Below are positions 55,956 through 64,000 of a DNA stretch of 64,000 nucleotides, piece after piece. Position numbers and translations under genes: made by a program. The stretch comes from Chloroflexota bacterium. GTDB lineage: Bacteria; Chloroflexota; Anaerolineae; Aggregatilineales; Phototrophicaceae. Position 1 is the stretch's first letter; every line of letters begins with the position of its first letter. The DNA lies in NCBI GenBank assembly GCA_026706445.1, contig JAPOYT010000174.1, positions 5,445-69,444 of the forward strand, in the 5' to 3' direction. The notes under the pieces were generated by a model. That model had not been told where the DNA came from, did no database searches, and worked only from the letters and a program-made list of their open reading frames with translations.

Positions 55956-56981
55956 ATGCTCAACCTGAAGATTGTAATCGGCTTTATCTCGCTCGTCTTG
56001 GCCTTTTTTGAAGGCAATAGCCTAATCGATGTAACGTTTCGACCGTCTATAGCCCTGATCTCAAACGTAGAATCCGTTGCGCCGGCCGCCGATGACGAAA
56101 GCAACTGGCAGTTGCGCGCGCGCCTTACTTTCGACGAGAACTGCGATATCGAACCGCAAAGCGAAGTCACCTATTACCCAAACAATATTGATATTCAGCT
56201 GTATCGCGTTATACCGTCCACGATCGAGTGCGGAGACGAAGAGGAACAATTTGAGCTTCAATTGACCTTGTCGAACGCGGCTGAGCTTAACTATCTGATT
56301 ATCAACGACCGCGCGTGGATGATCAGACACAGAGCGTCGCGAGAGACCAGTGTAAGCAACCGCCCCAGACTGCATGAGACGAGTCTGTTTCCTGTGTGGG
56401 TTGATGAGGCAAACCTCAGCTTTGATGATGACGCCAATCAATACAATCTGTCGTATCGCGGCCTCCAGGCGGTGGGCTGTGCTTTGCCTGAAATCTACTC
56501 GCTGCGGCAGAGGAGCGGCGGCGCCCTGCTCGCTGTTTACAATGCCATGCCAGCCGATGGTGTCTGCCCGGCTGTCGCGGCGCTTGTCGACGAGAAGATC
56601 ACTTTGTCCGCAACCGATGTGCCAGCCGATACGTTATTCTCAGTGAACACTTATCCGATTGGAGCGATAGAGGAGCAAGCGGTGAACGAAAGCGACAAAG
56701 TTTTAAGCAATATCTTCCGCGTCGACGTACAAGTGAAGGAGGCGCGAATAAGCCTTGATGTGGCGGGCGAACACCCCGATGGCTGCGAGTTTCCGGTGAT
56801 CGTCGCTCAGACGCGCCGCGGAAACACCGTCGATGTTGAGGTTTACCGCGAAGTGCCGGCTGATGTCATCTGCCCGATGATCCTCAAGCCTTATCGCGAC
56901 ATGATCAGCCTGGATGGCGAATTTGCGCCTGGCGCGTATACCATCAATGTCAACTCGCACTCGCAAGCGGTAAACATCTAA
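55956..56981 (+). CDS. Hypothetical exported protein with three Cys-pair modules
   Basis: 341 aa with an N-terminal hydrophobic anchor or signal (IVIGFISLVLAFF). There are three segments, each with two Cys: CDIEP...IECG, GCALPE...GVCPAV, GCEFP...VICPM. Confidence 0.55.
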   Translation: MLNLKIVIGFISLVLAFFEGNSLIDVTFRPSIALISNVESVAPAADDESNWQLRARLTFDENCDIEPQSEVTYYPNNIDIQLYRVIPSTIECGDEEEQFELQLTLSNAAELNYLIINDRAWMIRHRASRETSVSNRPRLHETSLFPVWVDEANLSFDDDANQYNLSYRGLQAVGCALPEIYSLRQRSGGALLAVYNAMPADGVCPAVAALVDEKITLSATDVPADTLFSVNTYPIGAIEEQAVNESDKVLSNIFRVDVQVKEARISLDVAGEHPDGCEFPVIVAQTRRGNTVDVEVYREVPADVICPMILKPYRDMISLDGEFAPGAYTINVNSHSQAVNI

Positions 56982-56993
56982 AGGAGTCAATCC

Positions 56994-58439
56994 ATGCCCA
57001 TGCGCATACTCGCCTTGGCTACCATAATTCTGCTTGGAGGTCTCCAGATGGTCACCGCGCAAGATGGCGCCAATATATCGTTGACGGTATATAACGACGG
57101 CGCCGCCCTGGTGCGCGAAAAGCGCCAAATGACGCTTGAGCAGGGGGTCAATAGCGTCACAATCCGCGATGTCGCAGCAACGATTGACCCTGTGTCATTC
57201 GGTTTCAAGTCACTCAGCGATCCGGCTGGCGCCGTCGTACTGGAGCAAAGCTACCGCTATGACAAAGGCGAAGCCGATGCCTTGCTGGCGGACTTCATCG
57301 GTGAGACGGTCGAGATAAGCATCTCCGCCGATGAGCGTTACAGCGGCGAGCTGCTGCAAATACAAGGCGAAAAGGCGCTCCTGCGCACTGCGCCAAACGA
57401 GATTGTCTTCCTGAACCTGTACAATGTCCGCGGAATCAAGTTTCCCGCTCCACTCGATGACCTTTACTCTGGACCCAGCTTGCAACTGCTCCTGAACAGC
57501 GACAGCGCCGGTGAACATGAGGTGGCGCTGTCTTATCTGGCTGGCGGGATGAACTGGACCGCGGATTACAGCGTTTACCTGAATGCGGAAGAAACCGCCT
57601 TTGATCTGATGGGCTTGGTAACCTTGGGCAATCGCAGCGGGCGCGCATACGAAAACGCCTCGCTGAAATTGGTCGCTGGTGAAGTCAGCCGGATAGAGCG
57701 GGAAGAAGCAGTCTACGCTGAGGAGCGTATGATGGCGCAGAGCGCCGCCGCCGACTATAGCGCTGACGTGGAGCAGCGAGATTTTAGCGATTTCAAGCTC
57801 TATGCAGTCACGCGTCCAATCTCAATCGCGGACGGAGAAACGAAGCAGATTGAGTTCGTCTACGGCGCCGACATCATGGCGACCATCACCTATGTCTTCG
57901 ACAGTTCGCCACACTTCGGCGGCTACTACCGACCCATTGACTATTTTGAGCGCCGTGGCGCGGAAAGCGGCGATGTGCGGACCTACCTCTCGTTTAGCAC
58001 TGGCGAGGAGAGCGGTCTGGGCGCCGACCTGCCGGCCGGGCGCGTTCGCGTTTACAAAGCCGATGTCGATGGCGCGAATTTGCTGATTGGCGAGAGCGGC
58101 ATCAGCCACACAGCCAAAGGCGATGAAGTCCTGCTCGGGCTGGGCAACGCCTTTGACTTGACGGGGGAACGCATACAGACAGACTTTAGTTTCGTTTCCC
58201 GCCGCGTCGCGCGCGAGTCATTCGAGATTCGATTGCGCAATCGCAAAGATGACGATCCCGTTTCCATCGTTGTGCCGGAGCGATTGTACCGCTGGCGCGA
58301 CTGGCAGATCATCCAAAGCTCGGCGCCCTTTGTAAAGGTGGACAACGCGAGCATCGAGTTTGATATCACGGTGGCGCCCGGCGCGGAAGAAGCGCTGAGC
58401 TATACGGTTGAGTACAGTTTCCCCGAGGACGACGAATAA
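56994..58439 (+). CDS. DUF4139/DUF4140-domain protein (MuiA-like), secreted
   Basis: 481 aa with a signal peptide (MRILALATIILLGGLQMVTAQ). The N-terminus ISLTVYNDGAALVREKRQMTLEQGVNSVTIRDV is typical of DUF4140. NWTADYSVYL and YRWRDWQI fit DUF4139. Confidence 0.65.
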   Translation: MPMRILALATIILLGGLQMVTAQDGANISLTVYNDGAALVREKRQMTLEQGVNSVTIRDVAATIDPVSFGFKSLSDPAGAVVLEQSYRYDKGEADALLADFIGETVEISISADERYSGELLQIQGEKALLRTAPNEIVFLNLYNVRGIKFPAPLDDLYSGPSLQLLLNSDSAGEHEVALSYLAGGMNWTADYSVYLNAEETAFDLMGLVTLGNRSGRAYENASLKLVAGEVSRIEREEAVYAEERMMAQSAAADYSADVEQRDFSDFKLYAVTRPISIADGETKQIEFVYGADIMATITYVFDSSPHFGGYYRPIDYFERRGAESGDVRTYLSFSTGEESGLGADLPAGRVRVYKADVDGANLLIGESGISHTAKGDEVLLGLGNAFDLTGERIQTDFSFVSRRVARESFEIRLRNRKDDDPVSIVVPERLYRWRDWQIIQSSAPFVKVDNASIEFDITVAPGAEEALSYTVEYSFPEDDE

Positions 58440-58483
58440 ACTCATTGCGAGAAGCGCCATGATAATAAGGGGGACTCAATGCC

Positions 58484-58704
58484 GCGCGTAGACACTGCGG
58501 TTCAGTCGCCCCTGTTTACGTTGCGAGCGGCAAACCCCATCCCCCGGCCCCCTCTCGCCATCTCTATGGCGAGCATCCCATAAAGAGGGTCGCGTAGGGC
58601 ACGTAGACATCGCCCTTCGACACTGACCTTCGGAGGGGGAGCTTAGCGCAGCGGGACGCAAGGTATTTTGCGTGAGCCGCTGCCATGCAGCGCGTGTGTC
58701 TACA
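58484..58704 (+). repeat. Composite intergenic repeat, copy C (~220 bp), between convergent genes
   Basis: Near-identical to copy A over about 110 nt (CGCCCCTGTTTACGTTGCGAGCGGCAAACCCC...CTCGCCATCTCTATGGCGAG...AGAGGGTCGCGTAG). Its ends form an inverted repeat (GTAGACAC ... GTGTCTAC). Confidence 0.8.
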
Positions 58705-58762
58705 TTAGCTATCGCATCGATGTAACGGCAGCGAATGCGCTTATCCAGCAATGTGGACAACA

Positions 58763-60907
58763 CTAATCCGGTGTGTCGCAGAGGCCAAAGCTGTCGCCCA
58801 TGAACTGCACGTGCGAGTCAAAAGCCTGCGCGTTTTCGGCATCCCATAGTCGCCGGTAGCTGGCGTCGCCGCGCAGGGCCCAGGAGTTCTTGATATCAGA
58901 CAGATCGGTCTGCAAAATTCGCAGCACACGCCATTGTATCCGCGGGTCGAGGACGGGGAAAACAACCTCGACTCGGTTGAGCAAGTTGCGGCGCATCAAA
59001 TCAGCGCTGCCCATATACAGCTGCTGACGCTCGGGGGCATTGCGGAAGTAATAGATGCGACTGTGTTCCAGATAGCGGCCAACGATGCTCTTCACACGGA
59101 TGTTTTCGCTCAAGCCGGGCACGCCGGGCCGCAGGCAGCATAATCCGCGTACGATCAGATCAATCTTGACGCCCGCTTGCGACGCCTGATACAGCTTCTG
59201 TATGACTCGGTCTTCTTCCAATTGATTCATCTTGAAGATCATACGAGCGTCTTCGCCCCGGCGCGCCGCGTCGATTTCCTTGTCGATCAGCGCGAGAAGG
59301 GAATCTTGCAGATATTCGGGCGCCACCAGCAACTGATTGTAGGTGGTTTCGGGCGCGTAACCAGTCAGCCGATTGAAGAGGCGCGAGGCGTCATCGGCGA
59401 TCTCGTCGTTGCAGGTGAACAGACCGATATCAGCGTAGAGACGCGCGGTGGCCGCGTTGTAATTTCCGGTGCCCAGATGCACATAGCGGCGCAATCCGTC
59501 ACGCTCGCGGCGGACGACCAACGAAATCTTGGCGTGCGTCTTGACCGGCAGTTCCTCGACGCCATAGACAACGTGCACGCCTTTCTCCTCCAGCGCCGTC
59601 ACCCATTCCAGGTTGTTCTCTTCGTCAAAGCGCGCCTTTAGCTCCACCAGCACAGTGACCTGTTTTTCATTGTCGCGCGCCTCGAGCAGGTCGTTGACCA
59701 CGGGCGAGTTCTTGCCGACGCGGTACAAGGTAGTTTTGATCGCCAGCACATCGGGATCGCGCGCCGCCTGCTTGAAGAAGTCTTCGACCGGCGCGAAAGA
59801 GTCATAGGGGTGATGCACGATGACATCCTGTTTGCGGATCACTTCAAAGAAATCGGACGACTGCGCAAATGGTTTCGCCACACGCGGCGCATAGGGCGGA
59901 TCTTTCAAATCCGGTCGATCCACGCGCAAAAGCTCAAACAAGTCGGCTGAACCCAATTTGCCATCAATACGGAAGACAACTTCACGCGTTGATGGCACCT
60001 CCAGCGAGCTCGCCAGTCGATTGAGCATGCGCTCGCTGATCTCGGCCGGCACGCTCAGCCGGACGACCGAGCCAAAGCGCCGTTCCTTAACCCCCTGCTC
60101 GATAATTGATTTGACATCCAGCAGGTCTTCGTCCTGCTCATGCTCGTAGTCGATATCGGCATTGCGCAGGATGCGGAAGGGAAAAGCCTCCATGATATGC
60201 ATGCCGGGGAACAAGTCTGTCAGGTAATCGGAAATCACATCTTCCATCCACAAGAAATGGTATCCGTCGTGGATGCGGCCGGTGTAATTGGTCATGACAC
60301 TCTCGAGGTGAACCATCCGCGGCAAGATATCGACCGGCACCTTGATGCGCGCGAAGTCAATGCCGCTCGCCATTTCGCCATTGGCGCGCTCGAGATACAC
60401 GCCCAGGTTCAAGCTCAAATTGGAGATGAAGGGGAAAGGTCTGGCGTGATCAACCGCCAGCGGCGTGAGCACGGGATAGACCTCGGAGCGGAAATAATAG
60501 GTGATCGCCTCCCGCTCGCTTTCGCTCAGTTGGGCGGTTGTAATGAAATGCACATCCTGCTGCTCCAGCAGCTCAAAGACGTGCCGCCGGACGCGGCGCT
60601 GGCGCGCAATCAGGGCGGAGACTTCATCGTGGATTTGGCGCAGCAGCTGCGTGGGCGTAATGCCATCGGGCCGCGTCATCGGGTTGCTCAGGCGCAGGCG
60701 CTGGAAATAGGCGCCGACGCGAACCATGTAGAATTCGTCAAGATTATTGCCGACGATGGCGATAAACTTCACGCGCTCCAGCAGCGGCGTCGTCTCGTCT
60801 TCAGCCAAAGCGAGCACACGCTTCTGAAAGTCAAGCGTGCTCAATTCGCGATTGATGAAATTGTCGGGGGAGAGCGCCGGCGCCCGGTCTTCCCATGCTT
60901 CAATCAT
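58763..60907 (-). CDS. ppk: Polyphosphate kinase 1
   Basis: 714 aa. Blocks: FINRELSTLDFQKRVL, NLDEFYMVRV, RNADIDYE, the two HKD-type regions HAKISLVVRRE and YLEHSRIYYF, and MGSADLMRRNL. Confidence 0.9.
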   Translation of the reverse strand: MIEAWEDRAPALSPDNFINRELSTLDFQKRVLALAEDETTPLLERVKFIAIVGNNLDEFYMVRVGAYFQRLRLSNPMTRPDGITPTQLLRQIHDEVSALIARQRRVRRHVFELLEQQDVHFITTAQLSESEREAITYYFRSEVYPVLTPLAVDHARPFPFISNLSLNLGVYLERANGEMASGIDFARIKVPVDILPRMVHLESVMTNYTGRIHDGYHFLWMEDVISDYLTDLFPGMHIMEAFPFRILRNADIDYEHEQDEDLLDVKSIIEQGVKERRFGSVVRLSVPAEISERMLNRLASSLEVPSTREVVFRIDGKLGSADLFELLRVDRPDLKDPPYAPRVAKPFAQSSDFFEVIRKQDVIVHHPYDSFAPVEDFFKQAARDPDVLAIKTTLYRVGKNSPVVNDLLEARDNEKQVTVLVELKARFDEENNLEWVTALEEKGVHVVYGVEELPVKTHAKISLVVRRERDGLRRYVHLGTGNYNAATARLYADIGLFTCNDEIADDASRLFNRLTGYAPETTYNQLLVAPEYLQDSLLALIDKEIDAARRGEDARMIFKMNQLEEDRVIQKLYQASQAGVKIDLIVRGLCCLRPGVPGLSENIRVKSIVGRYLEHSRIYYFRNAPERQQLYMGSADLMRRNLLNRVEVVFPVLDPRIQWRVLRILQTDLSDIKNSWALRGDASYRRLWDAENAQAFDSHVQFMGDSFGLCDTPD

Positions 60908-61084
60908 GCTTCGACCCTCATAGGCACATCAATCACGTCCCCTACAATGTGGGCATCACAAGGTATCATTATCATACTGTATGACTAGCCAAATTGCGAA
61001 GATTCCGCCTCGGCCGGCGGCGAGCGCAACCGCTCTTGACGCAATCGCGTATACTATAAAAGTAGGACATGGAGGCAAATAGAC

Positions 61085-61432
61085 ATGAAGTTAAAGCTAG
61101 GCCTTGGACTTGCCATCGCGCTGTTTCTGATTTTGATGTTCCTGTCCGGCATGCTGGGCAAGCTGATCGGGCTGGTCATTTCGCTGCTGGTCTGGGGATC
61201 GAGCGGTTACCTGGCGGGCAAACTGCTGCAAGGCGAGGGTTATGGCTTGCTGGGCAATATCCTGCTGGGTCTGGTCGGCGGATTCGTCGGCGCGCTGCTG
61301 GCAGCAATCTTCGGGATTACCGGCTTGGTGAAGCTGCCTTTCATCGGCGGGATACTCGTTGGCGCGCTGGGGTCGGTTGTTGTCGTGCTTGTGGCTGGCT
61401 TGCTCGGCGCGAACGGGGATGGCGGGGAGTAG
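61085..61432 (+). CDS. GlsB/YeaQ/YmgE-family (transglycosylase-associated) stress membrane protein
   Basis: 115 aa, Gly-rich TM helices. Blocks: GYLAGKLLQGEGYGLLGNILLGLVGGFVGALL. Confidence 0.75.
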   Translation: MKLKLGLGLAIALFLILMFLSGMLGKLIGLVISLLVWGSSGYLAGKLLQGEGYGLLGNILLGLVGGFVGALLAAIFGITGLVKLPFIGGILVGALGSVVVVLVAGLLGANGDGGE

Positions 61433-61514
61433 CTACAAATTGCCACGGTTGACCCAGGTTTGGACTTCCGGCATAATTTGGACAAGCTAATGCAGATTAG
61501 CAGGGAGCTATTAG

Positions 61515-61787
61515 TTGGATCCCAATGCGCAATTTCTCATCACAGTTGGAACGGTTATCGCAGTATTTCTTTGGCTGCGGAATGATATAAACCGGCTTGA
61601 CGCGAAGATTGATCGTGTGGACACGAAAGTTGACCGAGTACACAGCAACCTGCAAAGCGACTTCAACTCTATGCGCGGGGAGATTAACTCGGTTCGCGGA
61701 GAAGTTTCGTCTATCCGCGAGTCGCTCGCTTGGCTGCGCGGTCGGCTGGGATATGGTGATGTGGACACAGATGATAATGCGCTGTAG
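61515..61787 (+). CDS. Hypothetical N-terminally anchored coiled-coil protein (TTG start)
   Basis: 90 aa with an AGGGAG ribosome-binding site. The TM segment is FLITVGTVIAVFLWL, followed by a heptad-like repeat region (DAKIDRVDTKVDRVHSNLQSDFNSMRGEINSVRGEVSSIRESL). Confidence 0.45.
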   Translation: MDPNAQFLITVGTVIAVFLWLRNDINRLDAKIDRVDTKVDRVHSNLQSDFNSMRGEINSVRGEVSSIRESLAWLRGRLGYGDVDTDDNAL

Positions 61788-61825
61788 CTACAGGTTGCCT
61801 TGGTTGGAGATATGAAATTACGCCT

Positions 61826-62041
61826 TTAATTCAAGTTGCCAAGTAGCTCTTCTAGCAACTCCTTAAGTTTGTCGCCCGCGAGTTTGTACCCGTCCGCATA
61901 CCCTTGTTCGTAAGCGCAGTAAGTACATTTGTGACGCCCGCCGCCAGACTGATTTTCCGGCAGCGTTTTCATGATCTTATCAAGATCGTCCCGCCGATAT
62001 TTATTTCGTTTTCCCGCATGTTTTGAACAATCATTCGCCAT
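61826..62041 (-). CDS. Hypothetical 71-aa protein translationally coupled to the Dam-family methylase
   Basis: Its start overlaps the methylase stop (ATGA-type overlap at 62039-62043). Cys/His residues (C5, H8, HKCTYC) suggest a small metal-binding fold. No family is recognised. Confidence 0.45.
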   Translation of the reverse strand: MANDCSKHAGKRNKYRRDDLDKIMKTLPENQSGGGRHKCTYCAYEQGYADGYKLAGDKLKELLEELLGNLN

Positions 62042-62912
62042 TAGCTGCCAACCTCATAATTCGTCACCAACAATTCATTTACTGCGCCTCGTTGGTCGGG
62101 CTTGCTATTGACCATTCGCGGCGCTTTAACCTCGTCAATTGAGAAAATGCAATCTGCATAGAGTTCGCGCGTGAACGGGGTATCGCTGTTGGACAGCAGA
62201 ATCGACGCGCCGCGCATGTGCAATTCTCGGCAAAGATCGCGCAACATAATTTGCTCTGCCTCGCCGAAGCCATTTCGCGCGTAATCAGTGAAGGAGCCGC
62301 CAGCTAACGGATGATAGGGTGGATCGAAATAGACGAAGTCACCGGCGCCAGCCTCCACTTCGCAGAAGTCGCATTTTCGGACGAGAACCGACTGAAGCGC
62401 AGCATGGCAGCCGCGCAGCATCGCAGGCTGGCAGATCGCCGGCTTTTCTGCGCTCCCCATCGGCACGTTGAACTCGCCCTTGCTGTTCACACGCCAAAGG
62501 CCGTTGTAGCAGGTCTTGTTGAGGTAGATGAAGCGCGCCGCTATCTCGATCCGGTCATCGAGATCGTGCTGGCTGCGGATGTGGTAGTAGTAGTCTTTCG
62601 AGTGATTTTGGGCGTGCTGCTTTAGCTTATGAATGAGGGGTTCTGGGTCGCGCTGGATGACCTGGTAGGTATTGATGAGGTCAAAGTTGACATCACTTAA
62701 GAATGCCTCCCCCCCCCCCCCCCGCCTAAATTAACTTTTCGTTCATTCTTCAAAGCGAAGAAAAGCGCGCCGCCGCCAACGAAGGGTTCGTAATAATTCT
62801 TGAATTCAGCCGGAACACGAGCCTGAAGCTCGGGCAGGAGGCTGCGCTTGCCGCCTACCCACTTGACGAATGGCTTCGCATTGTGAAAATCGGGTAAAGA
62901 CGTTTGGGGCAT
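62041..62912 (-). CDS. Dam-family (MethyltransfD12) N6-adenine DNA methyltransferase, reading frame interrupted at a poly-G tract
   Basis: The N-terminal piece (ORF 62697..62984, probable start Met25 at 62912) reads [15 protein letters not shown], then [11 protein letters not shown]. The middle and C-terminal part, in the other frame, reads [17 protein letters not shown], then [24 protein letters not shown], then FVYFDPPY. The frames would join if the tract were 16 or 13 nt instead of 15. Confidence 0.8.
62709..62723 (-). repeat. Homopolymer: C15 on the plus strand, G15 on the coding strand
   Basis: Counted directly in the sequence (62709-62723). It encodes poly-Gly and is the site of the frame break. 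Confidence 0.9.
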
Positions 62913-62948
62913 TTGCTGCCATCGACCATAAAAGTTGCGCACACTTGA

Positions 62949-62977
62949 TCTATATGATCGTTTTGCGCGCCTGTCAA
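62949..62977 (-). promoter_or_regulatory. Putative sigma-70 promoter of the methylase gene
   Basis: The minus strand reads TTGACA (62977-62972), a 17-nt spacer, then TATAGA (62954-62949), about 35 nt upstream of the ATG at 62912. Confidence 0.5.
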
Positions 62978-63076
62978 GCGGCACTAAATCCTAGAATTCT
63001 AAAACGCCGCTCACCTATGGTATACTTTCCGACTGATATGGAATCAAAAACCGCAGTCGTCGACGAAGGGAAGGTT

Positions 63077-64000
63077 ATGGCCTCGCCATCCAAAGAGATG
63101 CTCCTAGACTGGTATCGGCAAATGGTGCTGATCCGCGAATTCGAGGAGACCTGCCACCAACTCTATGAAGAGAAGCGCATCACCGGCGTCTATCTGCATC
63201 TCTACAGCGGGCACGAAGCCAGCGGCGTCGGCTCGATGGCGGCGCTGAGGAAGACCGATCATGTCATCACCGCCTATCGCGACCATGGCATCGCCCTAAT
63301 CCTGGGCATGGACCCCAAAGCGGTCATGGCCGAGATGATGGGCAAGAAGACCGGCAGCAGCGGCGGCAAGGGCGGCTCCATGCACCTGGCCTCCAAAGAC
63401 CACAATTTCTGGGGCGGCTATGCCATCGTCGGCGGACACCTGCCGCTTGCGGCCGGCATCGCTCTGGAAGCGCGCTATCGAGACAAAGACGATGTGACCA
63501 TGACCTATGTCGGCGATGGCGCCACCAACAACGGCTACTTCCATGAGTCGCTCAATATGAGCGCTATTTGGGACCTGCCGGTGATCTGGATCATCGAGAA
63601 CAACGGCTACGGCATGGGCACCGAGGTCGAGCGCGCCAGCGGCCAGATTGAGCTGCACCGCAAAGCCGAAGCTTACGGCATCAAGAGCTTCGGCCGCGTC
63701 GACGCGCAAAACGCGCTTGATGTTTACGCGGTCGCCGCAAAAGCCGTTGAGTATGCGCGGACGAATGGACCGGCTGTCATTGAGCACGTGACCTATCGTT
63801 ATCGCGGGCATGGCGTCTCCGACAAGCAATACGACGCGCGCGACGATATGTCGACTGAACTAAAAGAATGGATGAAAACGCGCGAGCCGATCAAGATCCT
63901 GCGCGATTGCATCGAAAGCAAATACGGCGATGTCGGCGATATCCTGGCAAAGCACAGAGACGATGCGCAGCGAATCGTGGCCGAGTCGGTCGCTTTCGCC
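63077..64000 (+). CDS. pdhA: Pyruvate/2-oxoacid dehydrogenase E1 component alpha subunit (3' end outside the window)
   Basis: ORF open from the ATG at 63077 to the window end. It is absent from the ORF track because it has no stop in the window. Blocks: MASPSKEMLLDWYRQMVLIREFEE, YRDHG, GKGGSMH, TPP motif GDGATNNG...IIENNGYGMGT, YRYRGH. Confidence 0.85.
   Translation, partial: MASPSKEMLLDWYRQMVLIREFEETCHQLYEEKRITGVYLHLYSGHEASGVGSMAALRKTDHVITAYRDHGIALILGMDPKAVMAEMMGKKTGSSGGKGGSMHLASKDHNFWGGYAIVGGHLPLAAGIALEARYRDKDDVTMTYVGDGATNNGYFHESLNMSAIWDLPVIWIIENNGYGMGTEVERASGQIELHRKAEAYGIKSFGRVDAQNALDVYAVAAKAVEYARTNGPAVIEHVTYRYRGHGVSDKQYDARDDMSTELKEWMKTREPIKILRDCIESKYGDVGDILAKHRDDAQRIVAESVAFA

Overview
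GC-rich bacterial chromosomal segment, densely coding, with no rRNA genes and no CRISPR arrays. Taxon cannot be verified here; the GT-C glycosyltransferase arrays and the selenocysteine gene suggest an environmental lineage such as Chloroflexota.

Gene content, left to right:
- 1-8524: at least five paralogous polytopic GT-C/PMT_2-like glycosyltransferases with a shared C-terminal domain; four are tandem on the minus strand and one is a convergent partial copy at the window edge.
- 8671-18763: an Opp/Dpp-type ABC importer operon carrying an embedded CxPxR sulfatase and a 691-aa unknown protein.
- 18919-21990: a YdiF-like CoA-transferase and a frameshifted DUF1537 sugar-acid kinase.
- 22188-23273: a PIN/HTH toxin-antitoxin pair.
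- 23300-26386: a 1028-aa fusion of an APH-type kinase, an M23 peptidase domain and a class-III aminotransferase.
- 28011-32242: a sugar-acid cluster (SMP-30 lactonase, ManD-type dehydratase, dgoD) in which an IS481-family element has truncated dgoD.
- 32291-34110: a CPA2 antiporter with a small partner gene.
- 34179-37643: tRNA-Gln next to a three-gene operon (PF10014-type 2OG-Fe dioxygenase, aminotransferase, M20 hydrolase).
- 37999-42558: a minus-strand gene string of membrane protein, selA, M24 peptidase and FprA-type reductase.
- 42665-43963: a wHTH+BTAD regulator.
- 45015-46826: a low-GC module of XRE-ImmA/IrrE plus DUF4411.
- 46848-51407: a double aldehyde dehydrogenase, an M20 amidohydrolase and xth.
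- 51427-55134: three tandem paralogs with an N-terminal T5orf172/GIY-YIG-like domain, an Arg/Ser-rich linker and a single TM anchor; one also carries 2xFN3, a Pro/Thr repeat and SH3b.
- 55295-58439: a three-gene unknown/DUF4139 operon.
- 58763-64000: ppk1, a GlsB-family protein, then a low-GC insert with a Dam-family methyltransferase, and finally the start of pdhA.

Most notable observations:
- The Dam-family methyltransferase is split by a 15-nt poly-G tract, making it a phase-variation candidate.
- The membrane-anchored T5orf172-like paralog array has an unusual architecture.
- A composite intergenic repeat of about 200 bp occurs in three copies, alongside related short palindromes of about 28 bp.

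All functional calls come from motifs read by eye in the translations. No database search was run.
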